A stretch of 64,000 nt of DNA from an uncultured Chloroflexia bacterium (GTDB lineage Bacteria; Chloroflexota; Limnocylindria; Limnocylindrales; CSP1-4). Under the pieces are notes generated by a model. It did no database searches. It had not been told where the DNA came from and saw nothing but the letters and a program-made list of their open reading frames with translations. The stretch spans positions 5,857 to 69,856 of the forward strand of contig CAWIHR010000010.1 of assembly GCA_963835945.1 (NCBI GenBank), in the 5' to 3' direction. This document shows, one piece after another, positions 29,386 to 38,334 of this stretch (position 1 is its first letter; the number at the start of each line of letters is the position of its first letter). The translations under genes were made by a program, and so were the position numbers.

Positions 29386-30240
29386 ATGCTCCTGCCCGAA
29401 GACGACCGCGTCATCGCCCCCGCGTCGGAGTACTACAACGCGGAACTCATCCGACGAGAGAACGAGACCGATGATCTTGCGTACTTCTGGGTGCGCCTCT
29501 GGGGGGACCCCGTCCCGTTCGAGCCCGGGCAGTACCTCACGCTCGGCGTGATCGCGGACGGCAGGCTCGTCCAGCGGCCGTACTCCGTGGCGTCGTCCCC
29601 GCGGGTCGCGGACGAGGGGTACGAGTTCTACGTGCGGCTCGTCCCGATCCTTCACTTCACCACGCTCCTGTGGCGGCTCCCGGTCGGCCACGGGATGCGG
29701 GTGATTGGCCCAAAGGGGCGCTTCATGCTAGAGCCCGACGACCGCCGGACGCAGATCTTCGTCTCGACCGGGACGGGGATCGCGCCGTTCATCTCGATAA
29801 TTCGCACGCAACTCCTAGACGGGAAGCTGCCGCGCACCGTCCTCGCGCACGGTGTCTCGCATGTGAAGGAGCTGGGCTTCCGGCGCGAGCTCGAGAGATA
29901 CGAGCGCGACGGACGGCCCATCACGTACGTCCCCACCATCTCGCGGCCGCAGGAGCCCGAGAACGCGGGCTGGGCCGGGAAGACAGGGCGGGTTGAGACG
30001 ATCCTCGACGATCTCTGCGACGACTGCAAAATCGAACCCGACCGGACCGTCGTGTACATCTGCGGGAACCCCGAGATGATCGTGAAGGCCGAGGCGATCC
30101 TCCTCGGCCACGGGCTGCCCGAGCCGCACATCAAGAAGGAGCTGTACTGGCCCAAGAGCAAGGAACCGAGGCTGCCGGTCGACGTCACCAACGGCGCGAA
30201 GGCCCGCGGCGGCGTGGCCGAACTCGCCTCGGAGGTCTGA
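29386..30240 (+). CDS. Ferredoxin-NADP+ reductase-type flavoprotein
   Basis: RPYSVASSP (FAD-binding RxYS motif), IFVSTGTGIAPFISI (NADP-binding GTGIAP) and VYICGNPEMI. Confidence 0.85.
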   Translation: MLLPEDDRVIAPASEYYNAELIRRENETDDLAYFWVRLWGDPVPFEPGQYLTLGVIADGRLVQRPYSVASSPRVADEGYEFYVRLVPILHFTTLLWRLPVGHGMRVIGPKGRFMLEPDDRRTQIFVSTGTGIAPFISIIRTQLLDGKLPRTVLAHGVSHVKELGFRRELERYERDGRPITYVPTISRPQEPENAGWAGKTGRVETILDDLCDDCKIEPDRTVVYICGNPEMIVKAEAILLGHGLPEPHIKKELYWPKSKEPRLPVDVTNGAKARGGVAELASEV

Positions 30241-30419
30241 CCGGGTCTACACGGCCGCATCGGCGGCAATACGCGCTGGAGCGAAGTGATCCCGATCTTC
30301 CCGATCACGCCCGCGTCACCCATGGCGAGTCGCAGGACCCGAGTACGGAGACCCCGCCCGCGTGGCGCTGCCTCTTGCCGTGAGGGGCTACGATCACGAC
30401 CCATGATGGAGGGGCTTGT

Positions 30420-30818
30420 ATGACTCGGGTCCTTGTCGTCCAGCGCGACCCGGCGGTCGCCGAGCAGATGGCCGCCAGTCTGCGCGGTGCTGGCTATGAG
30501 ACCGAGCTCTGCGGTGGACCGGAACGGGAGCCATGCCCGGTCATCGCCGACATGCCCTGCCCTCTCGTCGACCGCGCGGACGTCCTCGTCTACGACGCCT
30601 GGGTCGCCGGCGACGCCGTCGCTGGGCACGAGCTCGTCTCTGCGCTCCGAGAGGTCTACGCGGACCTCCCGCTCGTGCTCACGTCCGTCGATCAGTCGGT
30701 TGGCTGGGCGGAACGAGAAGGCCCGCAGCGCGTGTTCCCGCTGGGCACCCGACCGAGCGACGCCGAACTGATCGAGGCGATCGAGGTCGCCCTCGGCGAA
30801 CAGGGCATGGCCGTCTGA
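30420..30818 (+). CDS. Receiver (REC)-like single-domain protein with a Cys-rich insert
   Basis: MTRVLVVQRDPAVAEQMAASLRGAGYE...ADVLVYDAW...LPLVLTS follows the REC beta-alpha pattern. It lacks the acidic DD pair and carries CGGPEREPCPVIADMPCP. GGAGGGG lies upstream. Confidence 0.5.
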   Translation: MTRVLVVQRDPAVAEQMAASLRGAGYETELCGGPEREPCPVIADMPCPLVDRADVLVYDAWVAGDAVAGHELVSALREVYADLPLVLTSVDQSVGWAEREGPQRVFPLGTRPSDAELIEAIEVALGEQGMAV

Positions 30819-31455
30819 CGTCCCTCGCCGAGGCGGTCACGTCGCCTCGGTGCGGGCCAGGATGCCTCGAGGTTTTCGAGTGGCCGCCAGCCGCCCGCGG
30901 TACCCGTCCCAGGCGTGGCAATACCCCGCCCGGCGTTCGCCGGCAGGCCGGTCGGCGACATTTTCGCGACCGCGTTGTCGCCCAGCACGAGCCACGGGGG
31001 CCATAGGTCGTGCAGGGCTGGTCCTCGTCTGACCGATCCAGCTCGCGGTCTGCGGGGCGTCGGCGCGTCCGCAGGATCGCCTGTTCGTCTGGGGGACCCT
31101 GCCCCGCGCCCGGTGAGCAGTTCGCAGCGTAGCGACGCCGGGCGGCACGTGGGTCACCTCTGTGTCCGACCGTAACCCTAGTCGAGCTCGAATGTCCTCA
31201 GGACCGTCCCCACCAACGGCCGACGTGGCCCTTGCTCCGGGGTCGGCTGCGAACCCTTGAGGGCGAGACCACGCGCTATCCACCCCGGAGTCGAGCACGG
31301 GCTCCCAGCCTTGTCCGTCCCGCCATGCCAAGTCTGCGACCGCGGCTGGGCTGCCCCAGCGGCCTCCATGAGGTTCGCGCGCAGGGCGGCGGCCACCGCG
31401 TCCAGCGGGTCAGCAGCCCCTGCGTCGTCGGACACAGGGTCGCGCTCGAGCGTCG

Positions 31456-31893
31456 TCACCGCGGGAGGAGCACGGCCAGGGCGCCCACGAGGAGCCCGCT
31501 GGCCAGGCTGGCCAGGCCGATCTGCGTCGCCCTCGCACGGTCGCGCGCGCGGGCGACGTCGTCCGTCACCTGGTGGGTCTCGCCGAGGGATCCGAAGTTG
31601 AAGACGCCCGCTGAGCCGAAGCCGGCACAGAAGCGCAGGCGGGCCTGCAGGTAGCCCGACGCGGCGAGCGCCGCCGGGAGGGCCACCAGGAGCCGCGCCA
31701 GGGGCGGTGCACCGACGGCGAGGAGCCCACCCCCCAGGATGACTGTCGCCCCGAGTCCGACATGCCCCGCCCGACGCCGCCGGGCGATCTCGGCGGGCCC
31801 GATGTTGCACACGCCGGGCTGGTATGCGCTGCCTCCGTCGCCGAGGATGGTGATCCTCGGCACAGAGGACTCACCAAACGCTGCCTTCGTCAC
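31456..31893 (-). CDS. Hypothetical membrane protein (2-3 TM)
   Basis: GTG start with GAGGAG 6-7 nt upstream. Contains YQPGVCNIGPAEIARRRRAGHVGLGATVILGGGLLAV and two further hydrophobic segments. No family assigned. Confidence 0.55.
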   Translation of the reverse strand: MTKAAFGESSVPRITILGDGGSAYQPGVCNIGPAEIARRRRAGHVGLGATVILGGGLLAVGAPPLARLLVALPAALAASGYLQARLRFCAGFGSAGVFNFGSLGETHQVTDDVARARDRARATQIGLASLASGLLVGALAVLLPR

Positions 31894-32201
31894 GCCGTGC
31901 TCCTCGTGTCATGCCTTGTTGTGGTGCGTCGTCTCTGGCCCGCAGCACCGGGCGTCACGACCTCTGCACGGCGGGGACCGTCTGGCCCTGGCACCTGCTC
32001 ATTCGCAGCCGCTGCCGTCGCGGATGGCCCGGCGGGTGCGGTGGCGCGCAGGAGGGCCACGCTCTCTCCCCTCGACATGCTGGCGCTGTCGGGCGGCGGT
32101 CCGAAGACGGGGCGGCACCGCCGGGTAAGCACAGAGGCCGGCCCCGGGGCCGGCCTCTGTGCACTGGTGTGGCCGGGCCGGCGGCCCGGCAGGGTCTCTG
32201 C

Positions 32202-32732
32202 CTAGGCGGGCAGGAGGACCGAGGTGATGACGTGGATGACGCCGTTGGTGGCCGGGATGTTGAAGAGCTTGTCGGCGATGTCGATGCGCGCGGTGGTGCC
32301 GGCGGTGGTGAAGAGGGTGCCGTTGTGGATGGCCCAGAGGGGCTGCCCCAGGAGGGTCTTCAGCGCGTTGATCTGGCCCCAGGCGGCGGGCAGGACGTCC
32401 TTGGCGTACTGGTCACCGGCCACCACGTGGTAGAGGAGGATCTTCGTGAGCGTGGCCTGCGGCAGCGCCGTGCAGACGTTGCTCTTGGTGAGGCCGAGCT
32501 TGGCGAAGGCGGCGTCGGTGGGGGCGAAGACGGTCAGCTGCTGGCCGCTCGTGAGGGCCTTGCCCACGGCCGGGTCAGCGCAGCCGACGGCGGCGAGGAG
32601 CGTCGTGAAGTTGCCGTTCGCCGTGGCGATCTGGACGATCGACTGGGTCGGCTGGGCCGCCGCCGCGAAGGTGGAGGGGACGATGGCGAGGACGAGCACG
32701 ACCCCGCCGAGCAGGGATGCGATGCGCTTCAC
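32202..32732 (-). CDS. Secreted fasciclin (FAS1) domain protein
   Basis: GTG start with AAGGAG upstream and a signal peptide (VKRIASLLGGVVLVLAIVPSTFAAAAQ). FAS1 motifs: IATANGNFTTLLAAV...LTVFAPTDAAFAKL...LLYHVV...NGVIHVITSVLLP. Confidence 0.85.
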   Translation of the reverse strand: MKRIASLLGGVVLVLAIVPSTFAAAAQPTQSIVQIATANGNFTTLLAAVGCADPAVGKALTSGQQLTVFAPTDAAFAKLGLTKSNVCTALPQATLTKILLYHVVAGDQYAKDVLPAAWGQINALKTLLGQPLWAIHNGTLFTTAGTTARIDIADKLFNIPATNGVIHVITSVLLPA

Positions 32733-32915
32733 CGGTGCTGATCTCCTTCGAGAACTGTGCTGGTCGACGTCTGCCTGGCCGTGCTGACTGATCCAGGGCG
32801 TCGTCATCTCTCTCTTCGGAGACGGTGGCGGCTTGGATGGGAAGGGATGGTCGGTGGCGGATAGGGAACCCCAACCCAGCTACCACTTGGGTCGGGCTAC
32901 CCGGCGCAGGCTGGC

Positions 32916-32938
32916 GCCCGGCAGTCGTCCTGCCGGGC
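32916..32938 (-). terminator. Perfect 9-bp GC hairpin between the heliorhodopsin and fasciclin genes
   Basis: The minus-strand RNA would read GCCCGGCAG-GACGA-CUGCCGGGC, about 125 nt after the heliorhodopsin stop. There is no U-tract, so it would be an I-shaped terminator if functional. Confidence 0.35.
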
Positions 32939-33059
32939 CTGCACTGCGTGGCACTCTCATTAGCCCCGGGCCTCAACTTGGCCAGCTGGTTGACGATCGG
33001 TCCTTGTCGCCCTCCACTGATTGGGCCGGGCCTCGCCTGGATAGCGGCGGCCCTCAGCC

Positions 33060-33863
33060 TTACGGTCGCAGGGTGCCGAAGAAGACCTGCCAAGCCAGCA
33101 GCGACTTGGCCAGCAGGCTGAAGAGCATGTAGGCCCGCTCGCCGTAGAGGTAGTCGCTCCAGCGCCCTACCTTCCGGTACTGCAGCACCATGTTGACCGC
33201 GAAGACGTTGAAGGCGACGAAGAGCGAGACGAAGATTCCGATCACGAAGCCCGGGATGGGTGCCGAGCCAGGCTGCGTGGCCGAGACGAGGAGCGTCACG
33301 AAGATGACCACCCACGGCACGGCGCCGGCGATGCAGCCGAAGACATAGTGGAGCCACTGGGGCCGCTCGCGGCCCTCGTTGGCGATCTCCATGCTCCAGC
33401 CGAAGAGGATCATGGCCGCGTTCACGCCGAAGATCGCGATCAGCGTGCCCACCTCCTGGACACCCGCCAGCGCCGCGATGACGACGATCATCACGCTTGA
33501 GCTGAACGAGTACTCGATCCAGCGGATCGGGTTCTGGCCGCGCGCGAGGTGAGCCTCGTACCAGCGTCGCGCCGGGAACGCCATGGCGAAATGGGCCACG
33601 GCGCTCATGAGGAAGAAGAGAGCCACAGCCGGGCCGATGGGCAGGTCCCAGATGTGGCGCTGGGCGGTGACGAGATGGCGGGTCGTCTGGTCGAAGCGCA
33701 GGTAGGTGCTCACCACCGGCGACGTGACTACCGGGTTCTTCGCGAACGAGAGGGCCAGGATCGCCACACACTGGAGGAAGTGGAGGACCGCCAAGACGGC
33801 GTTCCAACGAAATAGGCCGCTGGATCGGCCGGCCGGGATGGTGGTGGCAGCGTGGGCGGACAT
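33060..33863 (-). CDS. Heliorhodopsin (267 aa)
   Basis: Collinear by eye with the prototype heliorhodopsin 48C12 (from memory). Segments are LAVLHFLQCVAILAL, MSAVAHFAM, NPIRWIEYSFSSSVMIVVIA (counter-ion Glu), IFGVNAAMILFGW, FGCIAGAVPWVVI, PGFVIGIFVSLFVAFN and YGERAYMLFSLLAKSLLAWQVFFGTL (Schiff-base Lys). GGAGG lies 5 nt upstream of ATG 33863. Confidence 0.9.
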   Translation of the reverse strand: MSAHAATTIPAGRSSGLFRWNAVLAVLHFLQCVAILALSFAKNPVVTSPVVSTYLRFDQTTRHLVTAQRHIWDLPIGPAVALFFLMSAVAHFAMAFPARRWYEAHLARGQNPIRWIEYSFSSSVMIVVIAALAGVQEVGTLIAIFGVNAAMILFGWSMEIANEGRERPQWLHYVFGCIAGAVPWVVIFVTLLVSATQPGSAPIPGFVIGIFVSLFVAFNVFAVNMVLQYRKVGRWSDYLYGERAYMLFSLLAKSLLAWQVFFGTLRP

Positions 33864-33919
33864 GCGACCTCCGATGAATGCGGATGAACTCGGGTGCTCG
33901 CCGAGCATACGCGGGGGAG

Positions 33920-34182
33920 GATCTCCCAGGCGGCAGCACCGGCAGGGCGACCGCGGCCGACACCAGCGCGAGGGCCAGCTGATCGATCGTGCGGGCTGCC
34001 AGGTCCTGCGCCGGGCTCAGGACAGGGAAGAACTTCAGGGCGCCGAACCACCGGAAGACGACGCCCAGAGCGATCCGCAGCGACGGCTCGGGGGAGGCAG
34101 GCAAGGCGATTGTGATGCGGCGATCGAGCCGGTCAAAGCGGACGCGCCAGGCGTCGCAAGGGATGGTGGGGGAGGCAAGCAT
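33920..34182 (-). pseudogene. Truncated DoxX-like small membrane protein ORF abutting the heliorhodopsin start
   Basis: ATG 34182 has GGAGG 6 nt upstream. The product begins MLASPT...SLRIALGVVFRWFGALKFFPVLSPAQDLAARTIDQLALALVSAAVALPVL (the first two TM helices of the DoxX-like pattern). The frame then runs on without a stop through the whole heliorhodopsin gene, as part of track ORF 32575-34314. Confidence 0.4.
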
Positions 34183-34350
34183 GCCTGCCTCCGGTCGATC
34201 GAGCCTGGACGCGTCTGGCCCCAAGACAACGCATCCTTCACCTTCCTGTTCGCGAGAGAGGCCGAAGGGGATGCGACATTCGACAAGTCGTCGCGACCGC
34301 GCATCGCGTGCCATCGCCGTTTCCGGCCCCGGGCGGGCATACTCCCCCCA

Positions 34351-35781
34351 ATGCGAGTCCTCGTCGTCGGCGCCAGCGGGTACATCGGCGGGCGCCTAGT
34401 ACCCCTGCTCCAGGCGCGCGGCCACGACCTGGTCCTCATGAGCCGCGACGCGGGGCCCTTGGCGGCGCGCTTCCCGGGCGCCCGCGTCGTGGCCGCCGAC
34501 CTGCTGGACGCGGCCACCCTCAAGCCGGCGCTCGAGGGGATCGAGGTCGCCTACTACTTGGCCCATTCGCTGGGAGGCGGTGAGCGGGGGTTCGCCGATC
34601 GCGATCGCCAGGCCGCCCGCAACTTCGCAGAGGCGGCTGCCCGCGCCTGTGTCGGCCGAATCGTCTACCTGGGCGGGCTGGGCGACGACGCGGCCGACCT
34701 CTCGCATCACCTGTCCAGTCGCCACGAGGTGGGCGCGGAGCTTGCCCGCCACGGCGTCCGGGTCGCCGAGTTTCGGGCCGCGGTCGTGATCGGCTCCGGG
34801 AGCGCCTCGTTCGAGATCCTGCGAAACCTCACGGAGCGACTGCCGGTGATGATCACGCCGCGCTGGGTCTCCACGCGCTGCCAGCCGATCGGGATCCGCG
34901 ACGTCTTGGCCTACCTGGTCGCGGCACTGGATCACCCCGAGGTGAGCGGGGTGGTCGAGATCGGCGGACCGGACGTACTCTCGTATGGCCAGATGATGCT
35001 GCGGTACGCGCACCTGCGCGGACTGCGGCGCCTGATGATCCCGGTGCCGGTACTCACGCCCCAGCTCAGCTCCTACTGGGTCAACCTGGTCTCACCGGTC
35101 CCGGCGAACATCGCCCGGCCCCTGATCGAAGGTCTGCGCAACGAGGTTGTCGTTCGCGACCCCGAACCGGCGCAGGCATTCGCGGTCACTCCTGCGACCT
35201 ACGACGAGGCGCTGGCTCTGGCGATCGCTCGATCCGGCGTTGGCGAGGAGGAGTCCACCTGGTTCGACGCACTGCGCACGCCCAACCGAGAGACGCTCGC
35301 CTCGATGGGGTCGCGGGAGGGGATGATCATCGACCGCCGGGTGCGCCGGGTGGCAGCCTCGCCTGAGCAGACATTTGCCGCCGTCGAGCGGGTCGGTGGT
35401 GCCACGGGCTGGCCCTATGCCAACCTCCTTTGGCGCGTTCGCGGACTCGGCGACCGCCTCGTCGGGGGCGTCGGCATGCGCCTGGGGCGTCGCGATCCGA
35501 ACCGGCTCCGGGTCGGCGATGCGCTCGACTTCTGGCGCGTGGAGGAGATCCGACGGCCTGCGCTGCTCCGCCTGCGAGCCGAGATGAAGGTTCCCGGGAA
35601 GGCGTGGCTCCAGTACGAAATCGTGCCCGTCGGCGCCGGCAGCCGGCTGATCCAGACGGCCTTCTTCGAACCAAAGGGAGTGCCCGGCCTCGCCTACTGG
35701 TACATGCTCTACCCGGCCCACGCCGTGATCTTCCGGGGCATGGTCAAGGTGCTCGCCGAACGAACTGCCGCTGGACCGTAG
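34351..35781 (+). CDS. NAD(P)-binding (atypical SDR/NmrA-like) protein fused to a DUF2867-like C-terminal domain
   Basis: MRVLVVGASGYIGGRLVPLLQARGHDLV (Rossmann GxxGxxG). The C-terminal half (GWPYANLLWRVRGLGDRLVGGVGMRLGRRDP...GDALDFWRVEEI...LLRLRAEMKVPGKAWLQYEI) is typical of DUF2867 as I recall it. It is divergent from the DoxX-like stub. Confidence 0.8.
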   Translation: MRVLVVGASGYIGGRLVPLLQARGHDLVLMSRDAGPLAARFPGARVVAADLLDAATLKPALEGIEVAYYLAHSLGGGERGFADRDRQAARNFAEAAARACVGRIVYLGGLGDDAADLSHHLSSRHEVGAELARHGVRVAEFRAAVVIGSGSASFEILRNLTERLPVMITPRWVSTRCQPIGIRDVLAYLVAALDHPEVSGVVEIGGPDVLSYGQMMLRYAHLRGLRRLMIPVPVLTPQLSSYWVNLVSPVPANIARPLIEGLRNEVVVRDPEPAQAFAVTPATYDEALALAIARSGVGEEESTWFDALRTPNRETLASMGSREGMIIDRRVRRVAASPEQTFAAVERVGGATGWPYANLLWRVRGLGDRLVGGVGMRLGRRDPNRLRVGDALDFWRVEEIRRPALLRLRAEMKVPGKAWLQYEIVPVGAGSRLIQTAFFEPKGVPGLAYWYMLYPAHAVIFRGMVKVLAERTAAGP

Positions 35782-35901
35782 CCCGGGGGTCCGTGACGGC
35801 GAGCCCATGCGATCCCGGAGACGAACCCAGGCCGCAACCGGAAGTTGCTCACTCGGCACGATGACTCGAACGACCCGTTGGGCGGGTGGACTCCCTCGCC
35901 G

Positions 35902-36456
35902 TCAGGCCGCGAGCGCGGCCATCGGGCGGACCCGGTCGGCAAGTTCGCCCATCAGTCCCGCGATCTCGGCGCGAACACGCGGGTCGGCCAAGGTGAGCTC
36001 CTCGTCGAACGCCTCCGCCGCGAAGGGGACCGCGACCACGTGATCGAGCACGTCCGAGCGCGTGCGGCGCAGGGTCCGCACAACCGACTCGATGCCGCCC
36101 TGCGCCCCGCTTCCGCCGGGGGACGCCCCCATGACCAGGACCGGCTTCCCGGCCAGGAGTCGGACCGGACCGCGCGACGCCCAGTCCAGCGCGTTCTTGA
36201 GGACGCCGCTCGTGCCGTCGTTGTACTCGGGCGTGGCGATGAGCAGGGCGTCCGCCGCGGCAACCTCCCGCCGCAACTCCTCGACAATGGCCGGATAGCC
36301 GGCTGCCTCGAGGTCTCCGTCGTAGAAGGGGAGCGCGCCGAGCGCGTCGAAGACTTGCGTCTCCACGTCGGTCGGGGCTAAGTCCAGAGCGGCCCGCAGG
36401 AGCGCCCGGTTGTAGGAGGCCCGGCGGAGGCTCCCCGCGAGGCCCAGGATCTTCAT
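35902..36456 (-). CDS. NADPH-dependent FMN reductase
   Basis: MKILGLAGSLRRASYNRALLRAA...ADALLIATPEYNDGTSGVLKNALDWASR is the canonical NADPH-FMN reductase motif. Confidence 0.85.
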   Translation of the reverse strand: MKILGLAGSLRRASYNRALLRAALDLAPTDVETQVFDALGALPFYDGDLEAAGYPAIVEELRREVAAADALLIATPEYNDGTSGVLKNALDWASRGPVRLLAGKPVLVMGASPGGSGAQGGIESVVRTLRRTRSDVLDHVVAVPFAAEAFDEELTLADPRVRAEIAGLMGELADRVRPMAALAA

Positions 36457-36768
36457 CTCGTGTCCACCATCTCGTTGAGTTCTCCACTCGCTCGCAACCA
36501 GCAAGCTGCAGCGGCACGTGCACTGGCGCGAGGGCACTTCCACCTCACGCAAGCCGGCGCGTGACATATCGTTCATCTAACGGTTCGCACGAGGAACCAG
36601 ATCGGATCGCCTGCCACTGGGACATAGCGGACCACCTGAGCGCACCCGGCAGCGGGAGGGCGCAGACCGCGTCATCCAATCCTGCGCGTGTGCAGAAGGC
36701 GTGAGCGACCAGCGAACGTGGGGCGCCCACTGGAGGCCAGGGTTGGAGAGCACGCAAGACGGCCCGCG

Positions 36769-37815
36769 TCAGCGCTCCGGGGCTGGATCGGGCACACCGG
36801 ACAGCTCGACCACGCTGTCCCAGACGCGTCGCCGATCGGCGGCCGAGAGGCGGGTCGCAGGGATCCGGTCAAAGGGCCGCGGCCGCCGATCGAGAAAGAG
36901 CTTCCCGCTAACCGTGCCGACAGCCCCGTCGGTGGCCAGCCAGACGATCGTGTCGGCGCCCTCCGCAGGCGTGCGCAGGAGCGGATGCATCCGTCGATAG
37001 AAACCGGGCAGCGACGCTGCGAGCCCCGGAGTGTCGGCCCAGCCGGGGTGCATCGCGTTGAAGGTCGGGCCCTTGCCGGCCACCCGCCGGGCCCACTCGC
37101 GGACCAGCGCCACCTGGGCGCGCTTCGCTCGGGCATAGGCGCGCGCTCCCGAGAACGGCTCGCCGCTCCACTGCAGGTCATCCAGGTGCAGCCTCTGGGT
37201 GTACATGCCCCCCGAGGTCACGGCGATCACGCGCGACCCTTGGGTTTGCCGGAGTAGCGGCAGCAACCCTGTGATCAGAACGAAGGGCCCGACGACGAGG
37301 ATCGCCAGCGTGGCCTCGATCCCGTCGGGCCCCACGATGCGTTCCGGGTAGATCGCCCCGGCGTTGTCCACCACCACGTCGAGTCGCGGCTCGGTCTCGA
37401 GGATTCGGGCCACCGCGGTCCGCACGGAGGCGAGAGATCCCAGGTCGGCGACGACGATCGGGAAGCGGTCCCCGCCGTGCGCTGCAGCGAGCGCATCGCG
37501 CACCGCGGCGAGGCGCTCCTCGCTCCGGCCGACGAGCAGCACCCTGGCGCCCAGCGCCGCCAGGGCTTCGGTCGCCGCCTTCCCCAGGCCCGATGTCGGG
37601 CCCGTGACCAGCACGGTCTTGCCCGCGAGCGTGTCGGCCGGCGGGGGAGCCCAGCCGAAGAGCCGGCGACGCAGCGCGATCCCCGTGTGGGGGAAGCTGC
37701 CGATGATCGATACTTCGAGCACGTCGTCTGCGAGGGTCTTAGGATCCACGGGCACTCCTCCGGATCGCGCCGGCGACCGCACGGACGTGACGGTCACGTG
37801 TTCATCGCCCATCAT
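36769..37815 (-). CDS. Short-chain dehydrogenase/reductase (DHRS12-like), divergent from the SRPBCC gene
   Basis: KTVLVTGPTSGLGKA (TGxxxGxG), VVVDNAG, YARAKRAQV (YxxxK). The ATG at 37815 is only 27 bp from the divergent SRPBCC start, so the true start may lie further in. Confidence 0.8.
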   Translation of the reverse strand: MMGDEHVTVTSVRSPARSGGVPVDPKTLADDVLEVSIIGSFPHTGIALRRRLFGWAPPPADTLAGKTVLVTGPTSGLGKAATEALAALGARVLLVGRSEERLAAVRDALAAAHGGDRFPIVVADLGSLASVRTAVARILETEPRLDVVVDNAGAIYPERIVGPDGIEATLAILVVGPFVLITGLLPLLRQTQGSRVIAVTSGGMYTQRLHLDDLQWSGEPFSGARAYARAKRAQVALVREWARRVAGKGPTFNAMHPGWADTPGLAASLPGFYRRMHPLLRTPAEGADTIVWLATDGAVGTVSGKLFLDRRPRPFDRIPATRLSAADRRRVWDSVVELSGVPDPAPER

Positions 37816-37842
37816 GATGACAACTCACGCGGAGGGCCACCG

Positions 37843-38286
37843 ATGACCAGGCTGCACGAACAGGTTGAGACGCCGCTTGCTCCCGGGGCGGCCTTCGCGT
37901 TCGTGGCCGACTTCGCGAACTCGAGCATCTGGGATCCCGGCACGGCGACCTCTGAGCGACTCGACCCGGGCCCGATCGGCGTGGGCACCCGATACCGGCT
38001 GGGGGTCCGGCTCAGCGGACGCGTCGTCCCGATGGAGTACCGGATATCGGTGTTCGAGCCGACCACCCGCGTCGTGCTCGTGGGCACGGGCTCCGGCGTG
38101 TCGGCAGTCGACGAGATCCGCTTCGAGCCCGCCGGAACGGGCACGCGGGTCGACTACACGGCCGACATCCGCCTGGGCGGCTGGATGCGGCTCGTTCAGC
38201 CGTTCCTCGGACGTGCCTTCGAGAAGCTCGCACGGAACGCCGCCGAGGGGATGCAGCGCGAGTTGGACCGGCAAGCTCGCGGATAG
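37843..38286 (+). CDS. SRPBCC (polyketide cyclase/dehydrase-like) family protein
   Basis: 147 aa, with GGAGGG 6 nt upstream. The sequence VETPLAPGAAFAFVADFANSSIWDPGTATSERL...YRLGVRLSGRVVPMEYRISVFEP...VDYTADIRLGGWMRLVQPFL has the usual SRPBCC layout. Confidence 0.7.
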   Translation: MTRLHEQVETPLAPGAAFAFVADFANSSIWDPGTATSERLDPGPIGVGTRYRLGVRLSGRVVPMEYRISVFEPTTRVVLVGTGSGVSAVDEIRFEPAGTGTRVDYTADIRLGGWMRLVQPFLGRAFEKLARNAAEGMQRELDRQARG

Positions 38287-38334
38287 GACGGTGCGCGCAG
38301 CAGCGGTTCGAAGCGACCAGCGGGGGTGCCATCC

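Noticed and set aside
30837-31455. ORFs 30837-31331 (-) and 31178-31810 (-) downstream of the REC-like gene
   Set aside because: They have low-complexity Arg/Gly/Pro composition and no recognisable family. The upstream part of 31178-31810 overlaps the better-supported membrane protein gene in another frame.
32575-34314. 579-aa minus-strand ORF spanning the heliorhodopsin region
   Set aside because: It is out of frame with heliorhodopsin. Only residues 45 to about 130 (the DoxX-like stub) look real; the rest is Arg/Pro-rich read-through.
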